64,000 nucleotides of DNA from the human T2T-CHM13v2.0 reference genome, Homo sapiens: assembly GCF_009914755.1 (NCBI RefSeq), contig NC_060931.1. One strand, given 5' to 3'. Position numbers and translations under genes: made by a program. Shown here piece after piece: positions 59,026 through 64,000 of this stretch (its first letter is position 1; every line of letters begins with the position of its first letter). The notes beneath the pieces are model-generated. The model was not told where the DNA came from and did no database searches. It saw only the letters and a program-made list of their open reading frames with translations.

Positions 59026-60640
59026 TTATATTAAATATAGTCTTTTTTTCCTTATCACTTGAACATTTGATAGCTTGACCTAATCCTAAGAAAAGTTTTT
59101 AAAATGAATAATAGTAGTTTTACAGAGGTTGGGCTTTTTAAAGAACATTCTAATTCCCTTAAATCCTCATCTATGCACAACAGGTATTTATGCATTTGAA
59201 ATATTCATCACAGTCTTGGGTATGTAAACATAAATATAAATGAAGTAATACAGAAACAATTTTCTTGATTACAAGTTATCTTCCATTTCAGGGATATATT
59301 CATTACCTTCTTTATGCCTACATAAATGGCTACCATTACTACTGAAACTGCAAAATAGTGTTTTAAATTTTGAAAACATGTCTGTATCCTAACCAATTGG
59401 CTGTGGATGAACTTACCAGCTTCTGATTTAGTGTAAGCACGTCTGTGGTTTGTTTTGTCATTCCATTTGGTTTTAGCATATTTTTTAACACTTCCTCATT
59501 GCCTCTTGTTATACAAAGACAGCTGTGACCCCAAATGTGTTCACTTTTAAAGTTATGTTGTCTGTCTATGAAAAGGAAACATTCTGAGAAAAAAAAAAGC
59601 AAATGTAAATAAAACACAGGTAAAAAAAAATCCTGGGAAAAATTCAAATGGTATAAAGATGCTGAAGTAAGTGTTTTCATGAGGATACTGTTGAGAGTTT
59701 TGAGTACATTTCAAGCCCCAGAGAACAAAATACATCGAATATAAAGTGACCATCATAATTATTTTTATGACTAACAACTACATAGAAGTTTAATAAATAA
59801 GAATCACTAGAAAACTAAACCAAGATATAAATGTTATTAACATACTGACATTTTCACTACTGTTTATATTTGAATAACTATTGATAAATTTTCACAATTA
59901 TAAGTGAAAATTAATAAATATAAATGATAAAAAATAAACATGAGTTTGAATTCTTAGTCTTTATAACAAGCATCGTGATCTGGAGCAAGTTATCTAATTT
60001 CTGTCTTATCACCTGTAAAATGAAGATGATGAAGCTTACCTTACACAGTAGTTAGCAAGATTAGAGTGCTACATGAAGAACACCGGATCATAAGATTCTT
60101 AGTCATAAGAAATTAACCAATTCTAACTAATTTAAGCAGGAATATAATGCGTTAAATGTTTTTAAGTAGCTGTATGAGCTATGGGAGGAACAGAGCAACA
60201 AGCTTAGAGGCTACAGAGCCAGAACCAGTGCTCTAAATCAGATGGAGAACAGTAGGAGATTGCATTTTGGAGACAGCATTGCCATTCCCACTTAGCATGG
60301 GCACAGTGGTTTGCACTGACAACATCAATACCACCAGGCACAGGATGTTGCCATTAAAACCTCTGCCACTGCTACTTCTGGAAATTGGGTATATCACCTG
60401 TCAACCAAGTCAGAATGAATTTTGTATGGCACTTGTTTCTTACAGTCAGCTACAAAGATTGGCATGGGTGTGTCCAATTGAAAGAGTCTGGATCACAAAT
60501 TTGCCCTTAGCCACAGCGAAATTCGAAAAGTGAATTTCTGACTTCCGTAGTGAGAGGTCTATTTATTAGGTAGAAATTCCCCCAAACATAAGAAGGATAA
60601 ACAAGGGAGAAGCCAAAGAGAATGAAAAATATCCATTACA

Positions 60641-63120
60641 GTCCATTGTTTTGGCATCTTAACCTTCTTATGTATTATTCCCTCTTATATAAACTTTCAA
60701 GCAACTGTACTCATTATTGTATCCAACTCCATGTCCAGGATCTCTGGGGTATGTTTATTCCTCCTTCACTTCACAATCCCACCTTGAATAATATGTAGCC
60801 TATAAATTTTAAAAATTGTCATCAGCATACTCTACACAAAATTATAGGGTCAAAAAGAGTGTAAAAAAGGAAAATAAGTCCAAATATTTAAATACATATA
60901 TTTGCCACAGCAGTTCATTTTTCTTTGAGTGGAACAGCTATGTTTGATATTTATGATTTTTCTTTTATGATGCACATTTCATATTTTTGTCTTTAAGCCA
61001 ACAACACAGCTGGGTGTTGTCTTCACCTGAAGAGGTGACACAGAACTTCATTCCTGAGGGATCTGAGTGTGTGGTAGTCCTGTCTGAATGAAGCTGCTTG
61101 AGTCATCCATTAACATTTGCCACAGCACATGGAAGAACTGTGAGGTATTCCATGGCGTCCTTGAGTTACCTCCATACTCTGTCCTTTCTTCTCTGCCTTC
61201 ATTGAACATCAGCAACTCTATTTCCCTTACCTGATCCAAATAAATTTTCCCTGCTATAATATAATACAGAGAGTTCCTGTTAACACAGTAGCAGGAAGAG
61301 CTGGGAACTGTGCTGGTTTTCTCCAAGAAACCACATGTAGAGCACCAGCTGCAATGGGAGTCATTACCTTATTATGTGTATAATAATCTATGCACATTCT
61401 TTAAGTCCATCTGTCTTCTCTATAGGCCAAATATGTGAATTTACTGGGAATGGGGTGGAATAATTGCTTGAATAGCTGCAAGTTGTTGATGACAGCACTC
61501 ACCTCTATAATCCTTCTAGAAATATGAAATCGCGGGTGGGCATCTAGGGGAGGGATAGCATTATGAGAAATACCTAATGTAGATGATGGGTTGATGCGTG
61601 CAGCAAACCACCCTGGTACGTGTATACCTATGTAACAAACCTGCACATTCTGCACATGTATCCTAGAACTTAAAGTATATATATAAAAAAAGAAATATGA
61701 AATCGCTTTGGTTAACTATTATGGTATGGAGATGCAGTTCTAGGGGCTTCCAGTTGGTTTTTCCTACAGTGATAGCCCTCACTCCACAGGTCAATCGGCC
61801 AATAAGAGGATTTTGCTAATTACTGAATATGTCTATCTCAACTCTGCCTTCTGTAATTGGGAAAATAGCCAAGAGGTGGATTTACAGACTCAATGAACTC
61901 TCCGTGAGATGGATCCAAGCCAAAACTCCCTTAATCGTCTGACTTCCATAAGCCCCTACTCTGACTGGCAAACCACAGTGGCAGAGAACAATCATTATAA
62001 AGCCTTTCGGGGATCTTGGTTGTCTCTACAGTGATATATTTTCCAAAGCTTTAGTGAATGGTTATCCCCTGTGCCCACCTGGGAGACAGAGGGAATAGCC
62101 GAGCATTGTACATCCTAATAAGTTCACTTCATTCTCATTTCCTTAAGCTTTTGCACACCTTTTTCTTCAAGACACCAAGGATATTCTGGAGTTTCATCTT
62201 CACTTAATTCATAAAATGTGAGGGTCCAGATTTCAGTCATACAACCAAGCAAATTGTTAGAGCCACCCTCAGCTGCTTGAGTTAACGTAGTGAAATCAGA
62301 ATCTCTGGCCGGCACACCCACATCAATAAATTCAGTCTAATCCAACATAATATTCTTTCTACCCTGATCTAACACTTTAGGGTTTATTTCCACATATATT
62401 CCCCAAATTTCTGTCAATATAAATTGGCAAAATGTTACAATTTTTGGTGTTTATGGTACTTCTCTTAGATCGTGTTTTTAACCTACCTCCTTGGAATCTG
62501 TATTTGAGTGCTATTATAGGTCTAGAAATTATAAGAGGTAGGAAAGAAGAGTTGAGAAGGCTCAGTACTTTCTTGTAAAATTTTAGGAGAATTTATTACA
62601 TATTCTTCAAGAAAGGTTAACTTCCTCAGACAAGGGGAGAAGCATGTTTCTACTGGGAAGGGAGGCTCAGAGGAATTTGAAATAGGCTCAGATGTCTACA
62701 TCTCACTCTTCAAGTCCCCCTCTTTCTCCTAAATAATGCCCCAACTTTAAAATGCAATTCCTTGTGAGACTGTGGATCCAATTTGTGTTGTAATTCAGCC
62801 ACCTGTGTAATCTATACCCTGTGGTACACAAGATAAATGTTTCTTTCAAGGCAGTGATGAAAGCTTTCTAGTTCTCTACCTAAGCTCTGATCTGCGAAAT
62901 CTTATACTCTTTATTCCCACTATAACTCTCTATTGCAGTAAGTACCTCATCACCCTAATCTTCTATCAACATTGGACTCCAGGTGACCACAAGTGATCAT
63001 TTAAGTATCCATTTGGCCACTGCATGTCATAGACTACCAGACCCCAATTTATCACTGACGATGGGGTCATTAATGTTTTTATGTCTACTCAGATCAGAGA
63101 ACCAATTCTAGATTTCCATG
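60641..63120 (-). mobile_element. Degenerate ERVL-class internal region (gag and RT remnants); probable LTR at about 60085-60640
   Basis: Antisense translations: gag-like GVPARDSDF...GSNNLLG...PW...GVQKLKEM (62124-62321) and RT-start-like IWPIEKTDG / RMCIDY..NKVMTPIAAG (about 61325-61435). Confidence 0.7.
61534..61690 (+). mobile_element. Short L1PA7/8-like 3' end
   Basis: L1 3'UTR terminus; TSD AGAAATATGAAATCGC at 61518-61533 and 61691-61706. Confidence 0.88.
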
Positions 63121-64000
63121 AAATTCTGTTGGCCAGTGAAGTAGAGCCAGTGTTAGTATTACTGGAATAATAATTTCAAAAACAGAAATTATGGCTTATA
63201 AGAAGGCAAGAGGTGGTAGAAAAATGAAGGTCTGGGAAAAAAATTTAGATGAGAGAAACAGTTACTAATCACTGTAGCCTGGAATACTGGCATTGGCAGA
63301 AAAGCCAGAGATGATGGGGAAGTCCAAGAAGCCGCATGCATCCACCAACAGACAACTGCAAGGTGGGCACTTACGGAGAGGCCTAAATTCCACAACCACT
63401 GGGACGCTAGAGCTCTGGAAAATGTTTGTAACACACTCCACAGCTGTGATATGTGAACTCTGAGGAATCTTCAATGTCTGCGGAAGCCAAAGTAACTGAT
63501 CAAGCTGCAACATCTAATCATCTCACAACTGTCTCATAATAACTTCCACTTTATCTCCTCATCCAAATCTTTTCTAAATTACTCTCATTGTTAAATTTTA
63601 ACTCAGAATTTAGAAGGGATTGATGATAGTGGTGCCAAGCTGACAAGAACCAATCTAGCACAGCAAGGAAATTCTCCTGTCTCAACAATGGGACTGGGAG
63701 GAGGGAAAACTCACTTTTTGAGAATTTATAACATCAAGCCAAGCCTCGCAGGGATCTTTGTTTGAATATATGCTGCTCATGTTGGTTAAAAATTTTCTAG
63801 TTGGAAATTCAATTTAATGTAGTCCTGTGGTGGTCATATTCACAGAAATAGAATTCTCTTGAAACTCAAGGTATCATTCTTCATAGCTAGCCTTCTCTAC
63901 TGGCCAAATGAATGAGATAAATGGAGATATTAGGGACATCAGTATCCCTCTCTCTTCCAAGTCTTTATGGCAAGTGACTATTTCCGCAATTCTTTTAGAA

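Overview
Human (primate) genomic DNA, AT-rich and dominated by repeats. I recognise no host protein-coding exon, so the window is intergenic or intronic; I could not identify the locus. The main feature is a full-length + strand LINE-1 (15218-21283) with L1HS pre-Ta diagnostics (ACG and G in the 3'UTR), intact ORF1 and ORF0, and an ORF2 broken by two compensating single-base indels. Its 16-bp target-site duplication (TSD) brackets the L1 plus 114 bp of extra unique sequence upstream of the 5'UTR. This is the signature of a rare 5' transduction, and the extra segment appears to carry the donor element's own TSD. Other content: a full-length 7SK retropseudogene, about 13 Alus (one nested in another, with a probable gene-conversion tract), three truncated L1PA 3' ends, a full THE1 provirus nested in MER1A nested in an older LTR, ERV1 solo LTRs, ERVL gag/pol remnants, DNA transposon fossils and microsatellites. 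Candidate regulatory motif clusters (NF-kB/GC-box, RUNX/ETS, nuclear receptor) and a CpG-gaining patch in an ancient L1 are also present. I found no convincing new multi-gene biological system. Repeat subfamily names come from recall of consensus sequences, not from a database search. Almost all short ORFs in the track are repeat-derived or chance.
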